A stretch of 64,000 nt of DNA from an uncultured Kiritimatiellota bacterium (GTDB lineage Bacteria; Verrucomicrobiota; Kiritimatiellia; RFP12; UBA1067): the NCBI GenBank assembly GCA_934667425.1, contig CAKULV010000012.1, positions 767-64,766 on the forward strand. Direction: 5' to 3'. A model generated the notes under the pieces. It saw only the letters and a program-made list of their open reading frames with translations, made no database searches and was not told the DNA's origin. This document shows positions 6,391-16,807 of the stretch, piece by piece. A program made the translations under genes and the position numbers. The number at the start of each line of letters is the position of its first letter. Position 1 is the first letter of the stretch.

Positions 6391-9012
6391 TCATTCGTTC
6401 GGCGTAGTCTCTCCAGAATCGTCCTGCGGAGCCTCTGTGCCATCATCGGCATTTGCGGCTTCCGCAGTCCCTGTCTGCGCAGGCATTTCCGCACTTGCGG
6501 CGGATTCCGCCGCCTCTTCAACGATCTTGTCCTCCTTTTCCTCCGCTTCGCATACGGATACGGAAGACAGCCGCGCACCCTCCGAGAGGCGCACAAGCTT
6601 CACGCCCATCGCGGTGCGGCCCTGGACGCTGAAGTCGGATACCGCGCTGCGGACCATCTGCTGGTCGCTCGTGATGGAAATCACGTTTTCATCCTCGGAG
6701 ACGGCGTGGGCCGCTACGACTTCGCCATTGCGATCCTCGCCCTTGATGCCTATGACGCCCTTGCCGCCGCGGTGGTGCGACGGGAAGTCCTTGAACTCGC
6801 AGCGCTTGCCGTAGCCGTTTGAGGTCGCGATGAAGAGAGTCTTCGCATCGTCAACCGCATCGAGCGACACGACCTGGTCGCCATCCTGCAGCCTGATGCC
6901 CGTGACGCCGGTTGCGGTGCGTCCCATGCGCCTCACATCCGAGGCCGGGAAGCGCACAGCCTGCCCCTGGCGGGTCAGCATGATCACGTCCTCATCCGGC
7001 TTGACGAGCCTCACCTCGACGAGGTGGTCGCCATCTTCGATGTTGATGGCGCGTATGCCGTTGCGGTTTACGTTCTTGTATTCGGAAAGGAGCGTCTTCT
7101 TCACCGTGCCAAGCCGGGTGGCGAAGAAGACGTCCACATCGCCTTCGAAACTGCGGATCGGCAGGAGCTGGAGGGCCTGTTCGCCTTCCTGCAGGTTGAG
7201 GAAGTTTATGAGCGGCTTGCCGAAGCTCATGCGCGGCGCCTCGGGGATCTCGTAGGCATCCTTGAGGAATAGCCGCCCGGTGTTCGTGAAGAAGAGCAGT
7301 GAATCGTGCGTCTGGGCGACGAAGACGAGGCGTATGAAGTCCTCTTCCTTAACCTGTGCGCCCCTCACGCCGTGGCCGCCCCGCTTCTGTTCGCGGTATT
7401 CGCTCAGCGGCACACGCTTTATGTAGCCCCGGTTCGAGAGGGTTATCACGCACGGCTCGTCGGCGATGAGATCCCTGATGGACACTTCGTTCTCGTCGGG
7501 GACTATCTCTGTGCGGCGGCGGGCCTCTTCCTTGCCGGCGAACTTCTCCTTGATGAAGGCAAGGTCGTCCTTTATTATCTGGTAGACGCGCGCGGGGTCC
7601 GCGAGGATTGCCTTGTAGTCCGCAATCTTCGCGAGAAGGTCCGCAAGCTCGGCCTCAAGCTTCTCGCGCTCAAGCCCGGTGAGCTGGTAGAGCCTCATGT
7701 CGAGGATTGCGTTCACCTGCGCCTCCGAGAATCCGAATTTCGCCATAAGCGAAACCTTCGCCTCGTCGCGGTTCTTCGATCCGCGTATGATCCTTACCAC
7801 GTCATCGAGGTTTGCGATCGCGATGAGCAGGCCATCGAGGATGTGCTTGCGGGCCTCGGCCTTCTTCAGCTCGAACCTCGTGCGGCGAGTGATCACCTCG
7901 AACCGGTGGTCGGTATAGCTCTTGAAGAAGTCCTTGAGGTTCAGGATCCTCGGGCGCCCCTTGTCTATCGCGAGCATTATCGCGCCGAAGGTGGTCTGCA
8001 GCTCCGTGTGCCTGTAGAGGTGGTTGAGGACGATCTGCGCAACGGCATCGCGCTTGAGCTCCACGATGATGCGCACATCGGCCTTGGACTCGTCGCGGAT
8101 GTCGGAGATGCCCTCGATTACCTTCTCCTTCACGAGATTGGCCATGTGGATGATCATCTCGCGCTTGTTCACGTTGTACGGTATCTCCGTTATCACGATG
8201 CGCTCGCGGCCGTTCTTCTCGGTCTCTATCTCCGCCTTGCCGCGCACTCGCAGCTGCCCCCTGCCGAGCTTGTACATCGCGGATATGCCATTGTGGCCGC
8301 AGATCTGCGCCCCGGTAGGGAAGTCCGGCCCCTTGACGAATCGCATGAGGTCGTCGACGGTGCAGTCGGGGTTGCCTACGTAGTACGTTATGGCGTCGCA
8401 GAGCTCCCCGAGGTTGTGCGGCGGAATGTTCGTGGCCATGCCCACCGCGATGCCCGAGGAGCCGTTGAGCAGAAGGTTCGGCAGCTTCGCCGGCAGCACG
8501 GAAGGCTCCCTGGTGGTCTCGTCGTAGTTCGGAACCATCTCGACGGTATCCTTCTCGAGGTCGCCGAGCATTTCCTCGGTGATCTTCTGCATGCGCACTT
8601 CCGTGTAACGCATTGCGGCGGCGCCATCGCCATCTATCGAGCCGAAGTTGCCGTGGCCATCCACGAGCGGGCAGCGCAGCGAGAAATCCTGCGCCATGCG
8701 GACGATCGTGTCATACACCGCCGAATCGCCGTGCGGGTGGTACTTGCCGATCACGTCACCAACCACACGGGCGCTCTTGAGGTGCTTCGAGTTCCAGGTG
8801 TTGTTTAGCATGTGCATCGCGTAAAGGCAGCGGCGATGCACCGGCTTCAGCCCGTCGCGGACATCTGGAAGGGCGCGGCCTACAATCACCGACATTGAAT
8901 AGTCGATGTAGTCGCGAGCCATCTCATCTTCGATGTTGACGTTCTCAAGCGTGCCGGCAGGTGCGGCAGGCGCCTGTTCCGAAGCCGTTTCCCTCTTCTC
9001 TTCTTCTGACAT
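6391..9012 (-). CDS. gyrA: DNA gyrase subunit A
   Basis: GyrA motifs are present: [14 protein letters not shown], the AAMRYTE active-site Tyr region and C-terminal beta-pinwheel repeats with an acidic tail. I chose the start at MSEEEKRE (ATG 9012, aaggaa SD) rather than 9075, which would overlap the promoter. Confidence 0.95.
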   Translation of the reverse strand: MSEEEKRETASEQAPAAPAGTLENVNIEDEMARDYIDYSMSVIVGRALPDVRDGLKPVHRRCLYAMHMLNNTWNSKHLKSARVVGDVIGKYHPHGDSAVYDTIVRMAQDFSLRCPLVDGHGNFGSIDGDGAAAMRYTEVRMQKITEEMLGDLEKDTVEMVPNYDETTREPSVLPAKLPNLLLNGSSGIAVGMATNIPPHNLGELCDAITYYVGNPDCTVDDLMRFVKGPDFPTGAQICGHNGISAMYKLGRGQLRVRGKAEIETEKNGRERIVITEIPYNVNKREMIIHMANLVKEKVIEGISDIRDESKADVRIIVELKRDAVAQIVLNHLYRHTELQTTFGAIMLAIDKGRPRILNLKDFFKSYTDHRFEVITRRTRFELKKAEARKHILDGLLIAIANLDDVVRIIRGSKNRDEAKVSLMAKFGFSEAQVNAILDMRLYQLTGLEREKLEAELADLLAKIADYKAILADPARVYQIIKDDLAFIKEKFAGKEEARRRTEIVPDENEVSIRDLIADEPCVITLSNRGYIKRVPLSEYREQKRGGHGVRGAQVKEEDFIRLVFVAQTHDSLLFFTNTGRLFLKDAYEIPEAPRMSFGKPLINFLNLQEGEQALQLLPIRSFEGDVDVFFATRLGTVKKTLLSEYKNVNRNGIRAINIEDGDHLVEVRLVKPDEDVIMLTRQGQAVRFPASDVRRMGRTATGVTGIRLQDGDQVVSLDAVDDAKTLFIATSNGYGKRCEFKDFPSHHRGGKGVIGIKGEDRNGEVVAAHAVSEDENVISITSDQQMVRSAVSDFSVQGRTAMGVKLVRLSEGARLSSVSVCEAEEKEDKIVEEAAESAASAEMPAQTGTAEAANADDGTEAPQDDSGETTPNE

Positions 9013-9049
9013 TTTCAACCTGTTCCTTGAAGCCCAAAAATATCTATGC

Positions 9050-9058
9050 ATTATACCA
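9050..9058 (-). promoter_or_regulatory. Extended -10 element TGGTATAAT (minus strand) for gyrA
   Basis: The reverse complement of attatacca reads TGGTATAAT. It sits about 35 nt upstream of the gyrA ATG and back-to-back with the SDR promoter. Confidence 0.55.
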
Positions 9059-9076
9059 TATTTGACGCTTGACATG

Positions 9077-9085
9077 TGCTATAAT
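9077..9085 (+). promoter_or_regulatory. Extended -10 element TGCTATAAT for the SDR gene (apparently leaderless)
   Basis: The TATAAT ends at 9085 and the ATG is at 9092, leaving a 6-nt gap with no SD. Confidence 0.5.
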
Positions 9086-9091
9086 CGCCGC

Positions 9092-9745
9092 ATGAAACAC
9101 GCAAACAGAAAGGGGACTGTGCTTGTGACCGGAGGCGTAAGGCGTCTCGGCAAATCCATAGCCGACGAGCTCAGGGCCGATGGCTGGAACGTGCTTGTCT
9201 CGTCGCATCGCGATGTTGATGGCGCGGACATCCGCGCAGACCTCTCCTTGCCTGAAGGGCCGGCACGGCTTTATGCGGAAGCCTTGGCCGTTGCCCCGGA
9301 TCTCTGCGCGATCGTGAACAATGCCGCCCTGTTCAGGGGAGATGACGCGACGATGGAGGCGCTGAACCTTATCGCTCCGCGCAAGCTCACGATGTTCCTT
9401 GCCGGCAGGGAGGGAGCGGGGCTTTGCTCCGTCGTCAACATCCTCGACTCGAAGGTGTTGGGACCTGCGTCGGACCATGATACCCCATACGAGAGGACAA
9501 AGAGGGGGCTGCTTGCGGACACGAGGAGATTCGCGGCAATGTTCGCCCAGTCGCTGCGCGTGAACGCCGTCGCCCCGGGGCCGATATTGCCGCCGGACGG
9601 CATCCACGAGCCGTCAGGCGAGATGCTTCTCGACGCGAGGCCCACTCCGCAGGACGTTGCGGATGCCGTGTCGTACCTGCTAAGCGCCAAGTCCGTCACG
9701 GGAACCGTGATCCCCGTGGATTCTGGCCAGCACCTGGTCTATTGA
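9092..9745 (+). CDS. Short-chain dehydrogenase/reductase, FolM/pteridine-reductase-like
   Basis: It carries a TGGVRRLG Rossmann motif of the TGxxRRxG type seen in FolM/PTR1, plus NNAALF. The start is placed at MKHANRK. Confidence 0.7.
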   Translation: MKHANRKGTVLVTGGVRRLGKSIADELRADGWNVLVSSHRDVDGADIRADLSLPEGPARLYAEALAVAPDLCAIVNNAALFRGDDATMEALNLIAPRKLTMFLAGREGAGLCSVVNILDSKVLGPASDHDTPYERTKRGLLADTRRFAAMFAQSLRVNAVAPGPILPPDGIHEPSGEMLLDARPTPQDVADAVSYLLSAKSVTGTVIPVDSGQHLVY

Positions 9746-9768
9746 CGCATCTGCGGCGCCGCCCGCAG

Positions 9769-10464
9769 TCATTTGTGGCGCATGGCCTTGTCGAACACGA
9801 GCGCGGTCGCGGCCGGGAATAAGTTTCTCCGCCGGATAGTCGGGAGGCCGGCCGCCTCGGCCATCTTCGCGAACTCGTCCGCACTCGCAGTTGTGGCTAT
9901 GGAATGTCGCAGATAGGCGTATTCCCTGGTCTTGCGTCCGCAGAAGATGTGCGCGATGAGCGACAGCCAGACGTTCACGGCGATGCCGAGCAACCGATGC
10001 CTTGGCCTGAAAAGCTCAAGGACTACGAGTTCGCCGGACGGCTTGAGCAGTCTGTCGCACTCTGCAAGGGCCTTGGCCTTGTCGGGGAAGTTGCGAAACC
10101 CGAATGCGCACACGATGAGGTCGAAGGTCTCGTCGGCAATGAAACCGAGATCCTGCGCATCGCCCACCGCAAAGTTCACGGATGAGTCAAGGTCCCCAGT
10201 CTTCGCCCTGGCAATGTCGATCATCTCCGGGGTCAGGTCGACTCCGGTCACTTCCATCCCCGGAAAGCGCTTGAGCAGTTCAACGGTAAAGTCGCCGGTT
10301 CCGCACGCGATGTCCAGGGCTCGCAGCTCACGGAACTGCGTCCGCGAGCGCGGCATTTTGACGGCATCAAGCGCCTTGCGCCGCCATCGGCGGTCGAGCG
10401 AAAGCGACATAATGCGGTTCATCCTGTCGTATCGCGTTGCGATGCTCGAGAAAATGTCTTTCAT
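9769..10464 (-). CDS. menG: Demethylmenaquinone/ubiquinone C-methyltransferase (UbiE/MenG family)
   Basis: The protein begins YDRMNRIMSLSLDRRWRR and has the SAM motif LDIACGTGD and a FGFRNF motif. Confidence 0.85.
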   Translation of the reverse strand: MKDIFSSIATRYDRMNRIMSLSLDRRWRRKALDAVKMPRSRTQFRELRALDIACGTGDFTVELLKRFPGMEVTGVDLTPEMIDIARAKTGDLDSSVNFAVGDAQDLGFIADETFDLIVCAFGFRNFPDKAKALAECDRLLKPSGELVVLELFRPRHRLLGIAVNVWLSLIAHIFCGRKTREYAYLRHSIATTASADEFAKMAEAAGLPTIRRRNLFPAATALVFDKAMRHK

Positions 10465-10470
10465 GTCGCT

Positions 10471-10479
10471 ATTGTATCA
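10471..10479 (-). promoter_or_regulatory. Extended -10-like TGATACAAT (minus strand) for menG (apparently leaderless)
   Basis: The hexamer ends 6 nt before the ATG at 10464, with no SD. Confidence 0.45.
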
Positions 10480-10581
10480 CGGAAGCGGCATTTGCGGCGC
10501 CGCATGGGTCTTGCGCATCTTTCGGCGAGGGACGACTTTAGCGGCGTGCGCTTCCGGTCTCGTTCCACCAAATGCGCGATG

Positions 10582-10590
10582 TGGTATAAT
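10582..10590 (+). promoter_or_regulatory. Extended -10 element TGGTATAAT for the alpha-galactosidase gene
   Basis: The exact motif lies about 35 nt upstream of the ATG at 10626. An AGGAGG SD is at 10614-10619. Confidence 0.55.
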
Positions 10591-10625
10591 TCATTGCGTC
10601 AACAGGTTGTTTAGGAGGTGTGTGC

Positions 10626-12419
10626 ATGACAGGTATGGTGCTGGCCGCGTTTTTCTCCGCGGTGAACTTTGTCGAGTGTCCGAAGTGCGTCAAGCGGATC
10701 CGCATATCCGATGACGGCAAGGATGCGTTCGTCAACATGAGCCGCGTGGATCCGTCCCGCAAGGCGGAGATGGGGGCCCGCGCGGAACGGCTGCTCGCGA
10801 TGGGCAAGCCCGTGGAGGCCGCGAATCCGCTCACGCCGCTGATGGGGTGGTCGAGCTGGAACACGTTCGCGTGCGAGATCTCGCAGGACATCATAGTCGG
10901 CATGGCGCAGGCCATGGCTACGAATGGATTGCGCGATGCCGGCTACGTGTACGTGAACATAGACGACGGGTTCTTCGCCGGGCATGACGAACACGGGCGG
11001 CTGCGCTTCCATCCGGACCGGTTCCCGAACGGCATGAAGGGGACCGTCGATGGAATCCATGCCCTCGGGATGAAGGCAGGCATCTATTCGGACGCAGGGG
11101 CAGACACTTGCGGCAGCATGTGGGGCGGCGACACATCGGGAAAGGGCGCGGGGCTGTACGGGCATGACGAATCGGATTGCCGCCTCCACTTCAACGAGCT
11201 CGGGTTCGACTTCATCAAGGTGGACTACTGCGGCGGCAGGCGGCTCTTCCTCGAGGAACGCACCAGGTACACGGAGATCGCAAACGCCATCAGGGCGACT
11301 GGACGCAAGGACGTGCGGTTCAACATCTGCCGCTGGGCATTCCCAGGCACATGGGCGGCGGACATCGCCGGATCTTGGCGCACAACCCGCGACATCCGGG
11401 CAAGCTGGGAGTCGGTGCGCAACATCATCGCGGAGAACCTGTACCTCAGCGCATATGCGAAGCCCGGCCACTTCAACGATCTCGACATGCTCGAGGTGGG
11501 GCAGCTGAAGGGGGCGGTCAAATCGGCGTTCGGGTCGCATGGGGATACCGGGCTTACGCCAGACGAGGAGGTCGCCCACTTTGGAATGTGGTGCATTCTC
11601 TCTTCGCCCCTCGTTCTCGGCAGCGACATCCGCATAATCCCGCCTGGGACGATGAGGCTTGTGACCAATCCGTACCTGTTGCGAATGAACCAGGATCCGC
11701 TTGGACTGCAGGCCTACGTTGCCGCCCGCTTCGGCGATGCGTACGTACTCGTGAAGGACGCCGACGAGCGGTTCGGCACGTCGCGGTATGTCGCGCTGTA
11801 CAACTCCGGGGACGCGGAACACGAGTTCAAGGTATCGGCGGACGCCCTTGACCTTGGCGGCAGGATCGCAGCCTTCGACCTTGTCGAGAAGGCCGACATT
11901 GGAGAGTTCGAGGGAGAGGTGTGCGTCAAGGTGCGTCCGCACGCCGCGAAGTTCTACAGGTTCGATGCCGGGATCCGTCGCGACCGCGTGGTGTACGAGG
12001 CCGAGACGGCGTATCTATCCGACTATAGCGAGGTGGACGAGACCTCGTACGGCTCCAGCGCCAGCAGCAGGAAGCAGGGGAGGGCGTACTACGATGAGGT
12101 TCAGGGTGCGTCCGGCGGGGTGGCTGTGATGAACCTTGGCGGACGCGAGACAAACGACCTCGTATGGAAGGATGTGCGCGTCTCCGAATCCGGAAGCTAC
12201 GACCTCGTGTTCAGGTGTACGGCCAAGGAGAACAGGACGTTCTACGTGCAGATAGATGGCGGCAAGCGCCATAGGCTGTATTACCAGAACCTCGTTGACG
12301 GATTCTCGGACATGGTCCTTCCCGCTGATCTTGCCAAAGGTAGCCACGAGGTTCGTCTCGTGAACCCCTATGGGGCCGCTCCGGACATGGATTTCATGAA
12401 GGTGTTGCGCAAAAGATAG
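10626..12419 (+). CDS. Alpha-galactosidase (GH27) with a C-terminal carbohydrate-binding-like domain
   Basis: GH27 motifs are present: MGWSSWNTF, YVNIDDGF, FIKVDYCG and DMLEVG. The C-terminal roughly 150 aa look like a CBM6/35-type beta-sandwich. Confidence 0.85.
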   Translation: MTGMVLAAFFSAVNFVECPKCVKRIRISDDGKDAFVNMSRVDPSRKAEMGARAERLLAMGKPVEAANPLTPLMGWSSWNTFACEISQDIIVGMAQAMATNGLRDAGYVYVNIDDGFFAGHDEHGRLRFHPDRFPNGMKGTVDGIHALGMKAGIYSDAGADTCGSMWGGDTSGKGAGLYGHDESDCRLHFNELGFDFIKVDYCGGRRLFLEERTRYTEIANAIRATGRKDVRFNICRWAFPGTWAADIAGSWRTTRDIRASWESVRNIIAENLYLSAYAKPGHFNDLDMLEVGQLKGAVKSAFGSHGDTGLTPDEEVAHFGMWCILSSPLVLGSDIRIIPPGTMRLVTNPYLLRMNQDPLGLQAYVAARFGDAYVLVKDADERFGTSRYVALYNSGDAEHEFKVSADALDLGGRIAAFDLVEKADIGEFEGEVCVKVRPHAAKFYRFDAGIRRDRVVYEAETAYLSDYSEVDETSYGSSASSRKQGRAYYDEVQGASGGVAVMNLGGRETNDLVWKDVRVSESGSYDLVFRCTAKENRTFYVQIDGGKRHRLYYQNLVDGFSDMVLPADLAKGSHEVRLVNPYGAAPDMDFMKVLRKR

Positions 12420-12458
12420 TTTTTGACAAAAATGCATTCCGCGCAAACGCCCGGTTTT

Positions 12459-12467
12459 TGGTATAAT
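12459..12467 (+). promoter_or_regulatory. Extended -10 element TGGTATAAT for the kdsA-lpt operon
   Basis: The context is tttttGGTATAAT, 26 nt upstream of the ATG at 12494. Confidence 0.55.
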
Positions 12468-12493
12468 TGCGCACTGGAGATGATGTAATTTTC

Positions 12494-13339
12494 ATGAAGG
12501 TTCGAAAAATCGACGTTGACCGTGGGGTCGCGTTCGGAAACGGTGGCTTGACGTTCATAGCGGGGCCGTGTGTGATTGAGAGCCGTAGGATGGCTCTCGA
12601 TCTCGCTGCGCGCCTCTCTTCCCTGTCGTCCAGGTTGGGGGTGGCCTATATCTTCAAGGCCAGCTTCGACAAGGCGAACCGCACGAGCGTGGATTCGTTT
12701 CGCGGCCCAGGCATAGACAAGGGGCTTGACATCCTTGCCGAGGTGCGCGAGAGGTTCGGCGTACCCGTATTGACCGATGTGCACGAGCCTTGGCAGTGCG
12801 CCAGGGTTGCGCAGGTGTGCGATGTGCTGCAGATTCCGGCGTTCCTCGCGCGGCAGACGGACCTTGTGGTCGCGGCGGGGGAGACAGGGGCCGTCGTGAA
12901 TGTCAAGAAGGGCCAGTTCATGGCTCCGGAGGACATGGCGCAGGTGATTCGGAAGATAGAGTCCACCGGGAACAGGCGGATAGTGCTGTGCGAGCGCGGC
13001 GCGAGCTTTGGCTACCGCAATCTTGTAGCCGACATGCGTTCTCTCCTGATAATGCGCGAGCTTGGCTATCCCGTGGTGATGGATGCCACGCATTCCGTCC
13101 AGCGTCCGGGCGGGCTTGGCACAGGTTCCGGCGGAGATGGTCGTTTCGCGCCGGCCCTTGCGCGGGCTGCTGTCGCCACCGGCGTGGACGGTGTGTTCAT
13201 GGAGACGCACATGAACCCCGGCAAGGCGCTTTCCGATGCGGCGAATGCGATCGCCTTCAGGGAGTTGGAGGGTCTTTGGCGCACGCTGATCGCCATTCAC
13301 GGCATCGTCTCCGGTTCAAAGGCGGGAGGGAAGACGTGA
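12494..13339 (+). CDS. kdsA: 2-dehydro-3-deoxyphosphooctonate aldolase (KDO-8-P synthase)
   Basis: KdsA hallmarks are FIAGPCVIES, FKASFDKANR, LQIPAFLARQTDL and DATHSVQ. The start is moved to MKVRKID because the longer ORF would begin inside the -10 box. Confidence 0.9.
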   Translation: MKVRKIDVDRGVAFGNGGLTFIAGPCVIESRRMALDLAARLSSLSSRLGVAYIFKASFDKANRTSVDSFRGPGIDKGLDILAEVRERFGVPVLTDVHEPWQCARVAQVCDVLQIPAFLARQTDLVVAAGETGAVVNVKKGQFMAPEDMAQVIRKIESTGNRRIVLCERGASFGYRNLVADMRSLLIMRELGYPVVMDATHSVQRPGGLGTGSGGDGRFAPALARAAVATGVDGVFMETHMNPGKALSDAANAIAFRELEGLWRTLIAIHGIVSGSKAGGKT

Positions 13340-13857
13340 AGTTCACGCTTGCGCTCATATCTCCCGTCCTGGCGGTCACGGGTCTGCTGGCCTTCGATTC
13401 CGGCAAATGGCTGGCGGAGCGCGGGGACGATTCCGACATGCTCCGCCTGCAGTCGGAGTACGCGAAGTGCGTAAAGAACATCGAGGTGCCGGCGGAGAAT
13501 GTCGCGCTGCCGCTTGAGTATTACACGAACGGGGTCGTGAAAAGCCGCCTGAAGGCTCGCAAGGCCTTCATGTTCATGGATACCGGCTTCATATGGGGCG
13601 AGAACATAAGGGTGGAGCAGTACAAGGAGGATGGCAGGACCGTCGAGGCCTACCTCACGGCGGACAACTGCATCGTGGACCGCAAGACACAATCAGGATG
13701 GGTTGAGGGGAACGCCCACATGGATTGGGAAGGCACGAGCATAAGCGGGCGAGGCATATACTTTTCGTTCGACCGTGAATTCATCAAGATATTCTCGCAG
13801 ACGGAGATACGCACCAAGGCGTTGAAGCTTAACGCGGGGGAGGTTTTGGGCAAATGA
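13336..13857 (+). CDS. lptC: LptC-like membrane-anchored LPS export protein
   Basis: A GTG start overlaps the kdsA stop (GTGA), with a GGGAGGG SD. It has an N-terminal TM helix then a beta-rich domain, and sits in the canonical position upstream of lptA/lptB. Confidence 0.55.
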   Translation: MKFTLALISPVLAVTGLLAFDSGKWLAERGDDSDMLRLQSEYAKCVKNIEVPAENVALPLEYYTNGVVKSRLKARKAFMFMDTGFIWGENIRVEQYKEDGRTVEAYLTADNCIVDRKTQSGWVEGNAHMDWEGTSISGRGIYFSFDREFIKIFSQTEIRTKALKLNAGEVLGK

Positions 13858-14678
13858 GAGATAGTCTTACGTTTAATCGCATGACCGCCGCGAGACTGAT
13901 GGCGATCATGGCGCTTCCGCTCTGCGGCGTGCTGGCGTCGGTCGTGCTTGCCGATGCGTCCGCCGACGCCATAATGTTCCGGAAGTCGGCTGCGGCGGCG
14001 TCTTCGGGCTCGTTCCTTTCGGACGCGCCTTCAAAGTCCACGGGGAATGTGGAAGACATGGCATCCGGGAGGCCGGTAGAGCAGCCGAAGGCAGAAAAGC
14101 CATCGGAACTGTCCAAGCCGATGGAGGTTTCCGTTGTCAAGCAGGCGCCGGCGGAAGAGGTGGCAGACCCTGCCGTGAAGGAGACCGTAGAAAAGAAAGC
14201 CGGCGCCTCCAAGCCTGAAAAGAAGGCGAAGGCCGTCAAGCAGCCGGAGCGGGACGCGATCATAACGGCAGACCGCACGGATTACGACCGCAAGGAGGGG
14301 GTTGTGCTGTTTGACCGCAACGTGCATGTCGATGACACCCAGTACCAGATGCATGCGGACCGGCTCTTTCTGTTCCTTGAGGGCACGAACGAGCTGAAGC
14401 GCCTTGTCGCCATAGGGCATGTGGCGATAACGAACGAGGACAAGCGGGCCTACTGTGCGCGGGCGACGTTCAGCAAGAAGCTCGGAAGGATAGTGATGTA
14501 CTCAAGCGACGAAATCACTGCGGAGCTGTGCGAAGACGGCAAGAAGGGGTCGAACGTCAAGGGCGAGAAGATCACGTTCTGGCTGGATTCCGAGCAGGTT
14601 GAGGTGGAGAATCCCGTCATCACGATGCCCGGAGGCATTGGCGGTCAGGGCAGCGTAAAGAAACTTATCGGAAAGTAG
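13854..14678 (+). CDS. lptA: LptA/OstA-N family LPS transport periplasmic protein with a low-complexity linker
   Basis: The OstA_N-like core is ITADRTDYDRKEGVVLFDRNVHVDDTQYQMHADRLFLF...VAIGHVAI. It has a signal sequence and an ATGA overlap with lptC. Confidence 0.75.
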   Translation: MRDSLTFNRMTAARLMAIMALPLCGVLASVVLADASADAIMFRKSAAAASSGSFLSDAPSKSTGNVEDMASGRPVEQPKAEKPSELSKPMEVSVVKQAPAEEVADPAVKETVEKKAGASKPEKKAKAVKQPERDAIITADRTDYDRKEGVVLFDRNVHVDDTQYQMHADRLFLFLEGTNELKRLVAIGHVAITNEDKRAYCARATFSKKLGRIVMYSSDEITAELCEDGKKGSNVKGEKITFWLDSEQVEVENPVITMPGGIGGQGSVKKLIGK

Positions 14679-14681
14679 GAA

Positions 14682-15455
14682 ATGGGTGATCCTGTCATAG
14701 ATGCGATGAACCAGATGGTGTCGGAGCTGGGAGAACCGGATCTCGAGGCCACTGGACTCGTGAAGGTGTACGGTGACCGCACTGTGGTCAACGGCATGAA
14801 CGTGAACTGCCGGTGCGGCGAGATAGTGGGGCTTCTCGGTCCGAACGGCGCCGGCAAGACCACCACGTTCTACATGATAGTCGGGCTTGTGAAGCCAAAC
14901 GAGGGCAAGGTGACGTTTCGCGGGCGCGACCTCACGAACATGCCCGTGTTCCTGCGGGCCCGTCGTGGGATCGGATACCTGGCGCAGGAGGCGTCCATAT
15001 TCCGCAAGCTTTCCGTATGGAACAACGTGATGGCGATCCTTGAGACGCTAAAGCTGTCGTCCAGGGAGCGGAAGGCCCGCTGCGAGGAGCTCCTTTCCAC
15101 GTTCGACCTGATGAAGGTGGCAAGGCAGCCGGCGTATACGCTCTCCGGAGGTGAGCGCAGGAAGCTTGAGATCGCCCGCGCACTGGTGCGGCGTCCGTCC
15201 ATACTGATGCTCGACGAGCCGTTTGCCGGCGTCGATCCGCTTGCGGTGAACGACATACAGGACATAGTTCGCCGCCTGCGCGACCAGGGGCTGGGGATAA
15301 TCATCACGGACCACAACGTGCGCGAGACCCTGAGCGTTGTGGATAGGGCGTATCTTGTATATAACGGTCGCCTTCTCAAGGAAGGCACATCGAATGAGCT
15401 GGTAAATGATCCGGAGGTCCGGGCCAAGTATCTTGGTGCGGATTTCCACATGTAG
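14682..15455 (+). CDS. lptB: LPS export ABC transporter ATP-binding protein
   Basis: It has Walker A GPNGAGKTT, signature LSGGERRKLE and Walker B MLDEPFAG. The context supports the call. Confidence 0.9.
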   Translation: MGDPVIDAMNQMVSELGEPDLEATGLVKVYGDRTVVNGMNVNCRCGEIVGLLGPNGAGKTTTFYMIVGLVKPNEGKVTFRGRDLTNMPVFLRARRGIGYLAQEASIFRKLSVWNNVMAILETLKLSSRERKARCEELLSTFDLMKVARQPAYTLSGGERRKLEIARALVRRPSILMLDEPFAGVDPLAVNDIQDIVRRLRDQGLGIIITDHNVRETLSVVDRAYLVYNGRLLKEGTSNELVNDPEVRAKYLGADFHM

Positions 15456-15479
15456 AAACAAAATAAGGAGGAAAACAGT

Positions 15480-15818
15480 ATGGCAAGCATAGAAATAGCG
15501 ATGCGTCATTCTGACGTGCGGATCGAGGCCCTTAAGGAATACGCGCAGCTGCGCATGGAAAAGCTTTGCAAGGCATATCCCAAGGTCACGAAGGCGGTCT
15601 GCGTCATTGACATTGACGTCAAGAGGCACATGTACATGGCGGAAGTCGTCGCGAACCGCCTTGGCACCACCGCAGTTGGCGCCAAGGAGTTCTCCGAGTC
15701 CGCAAAGAGCGTGATCGACACGGCGGCGTCGCGTGCGGAGCGTCAGCTGCTGAAGATGCGCGTCAAGGCCCGCAAGGGCAACGTTCGCGCGGCCCGGAAG
15801 GGGTCGGTGCGCAACTGA
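15480..15818 (+). CDS. hpf: Ribosome hibernation promoting factor (short HPF/RaiA family)
   Basis: It is about 110 aa with the sigma-54-modulation-protein fold pattern, sits after lptB, and has an AAGGAGG SD. Confidence 0.75.
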   Translation: MASIEIAMRHSDVRIEALKEYAQLRMEKLCKAYPKVTKAVCVIDIDVKRHMYMAEVVANRLGTTAVGAKEFSESAKSVIDTAASRAERQLLKMRVKARKGNVRAARKGSVRN

Positions 15819-15841
15819 CCGAATGGCAGAAAGGTCGGTGC

Positions 15842-16807
15842 ATGGGTACGGCAATCGAGAACGGCAACGGTGCGGCTACGCGCTTCACGCTTCGGCAGTT
15901 CGTCGAAGCGGGGCGTGATCGCCTTAAGCTTTCCGTTATCGTCGATTCCGGTCTGGATCATCCGGTCGTGGAACCGATGATGTACCGTTCGGGGCTGGCC
16001 CTCACCGGCTTTTTCGGAAACTTTGCGAAAAACCGCATACAGGTGGTCGGCAAGGCCGAGCAGGCGTACCTCCTCAGCCTTGACAAGTGCGAGCGGGTCA
16101 ATCGGCTGCGCGCGCTGTTTGACAATGGTGCGTACTGCGTCGTGTTCGCCGCAGGCATGGAGGTGCCGGAAGAGGTGAGGGGGATCGCCGTCCAGGCCGG
16201 ATGCGCGATCCTGTCCTCGCCTCTGCTCACCAGGAACCTCATACATGCAAGCACGTTTGTGCTTGAGGCGCTGTCTGCGCCGACGGTAAAGATGTACGCA
16301 ACCACGGTTGACGTCTTCGGCCTCGGCGTGATGATGCGCGGGGCCCCCGGGCTAGGGAAGTCAGAGACCGCCATGGGGCTGATCAAGCGCGGAAACGCGC
16401 TGGTCGCGGACGACTTCACCTGCGTCCGGAAGGACGTCGCGAACAACACGCTGTTTGCATCGGCATCGAGCGCCACGCGCAACTACATGGAAATACGGGG
16501 CATAGGCATCATAAACGTGCAGAGCGTCTTTGGCGTCACTGCGGTTTGCGACGAGAAGCGCCTCGACATGGTGATCACGCTGAAGAGCATGGAGGAGGTC
16601 AACGGGGAACTGGACCGTGCCGGAGTCGACAGGCTCACCACCAGCATACTTGGCGTGGAGATACCGGAGGTTGTCATACCGGTCTCGGCCGGGCGGGATC
16701 TCGTGAATCTCGTCGAGGTCGCGGCCCAGCAGCAGAAGCTCCGCCGCGCAGGGTACGATGCCGCGTATGAACTTGATGAACATTTGAAAAGGAGAGCTCA
16801 CACATGA
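15842..16807 (+). CDS. hprK: HPr kinase/phosphorylase
   Basis: It has the P-loop GAPGLGKSE, the motif LVADD and the MEIRGIGIINV signature. Confidence 0.9.
   Translation: MGTAIENGNGAATRFTLRQFVEAGRDRLKLSVIVDSGLDHPVVEPMMYRSGLALTGFFGNFAKNRIQVVGKAEQAYLLSLDKCERVNRLRALFDNGAYCVVFAAGMEVPEEVRGIAVQAGCAILSSPLLTRNLIHASTFVLEALSAPTVKMYATTVDVFGLGVMMRGAPGLGKSETAMGLIKRGNALVADDFTCVRKDVANNTLFASASSATRNYMEIRGIGIINVQSVFGVTAVCDEKRLDMVITLKSMEEVNGELDRAGVDRLTTSILGVEIPEVVIPVSAGRDLVNLVEVAAQQQKLRRAGYDAAYELDEHLKRRAHT

Noticed and set aside
7306-8808. 500-aa plus-strand ORF
   Set aside because: It lies antisense to gyrA and has no motifs.
9751-9768. Short GC hairpin (ctgcgg-cgccgc-ccgcag) between the convergent SDR and menG genes, considered as a terminator
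   Set aside because: The stem is only 6 bp and there is no T-run on either strand. This is too weak.
10611-11942. 443-aa minus-strand ORF and the nested ORFs 11177-11851 and 11164-11508
   Set aside because: They are antisense or alternate frames of the GH27 alpha-galactosidase gene.
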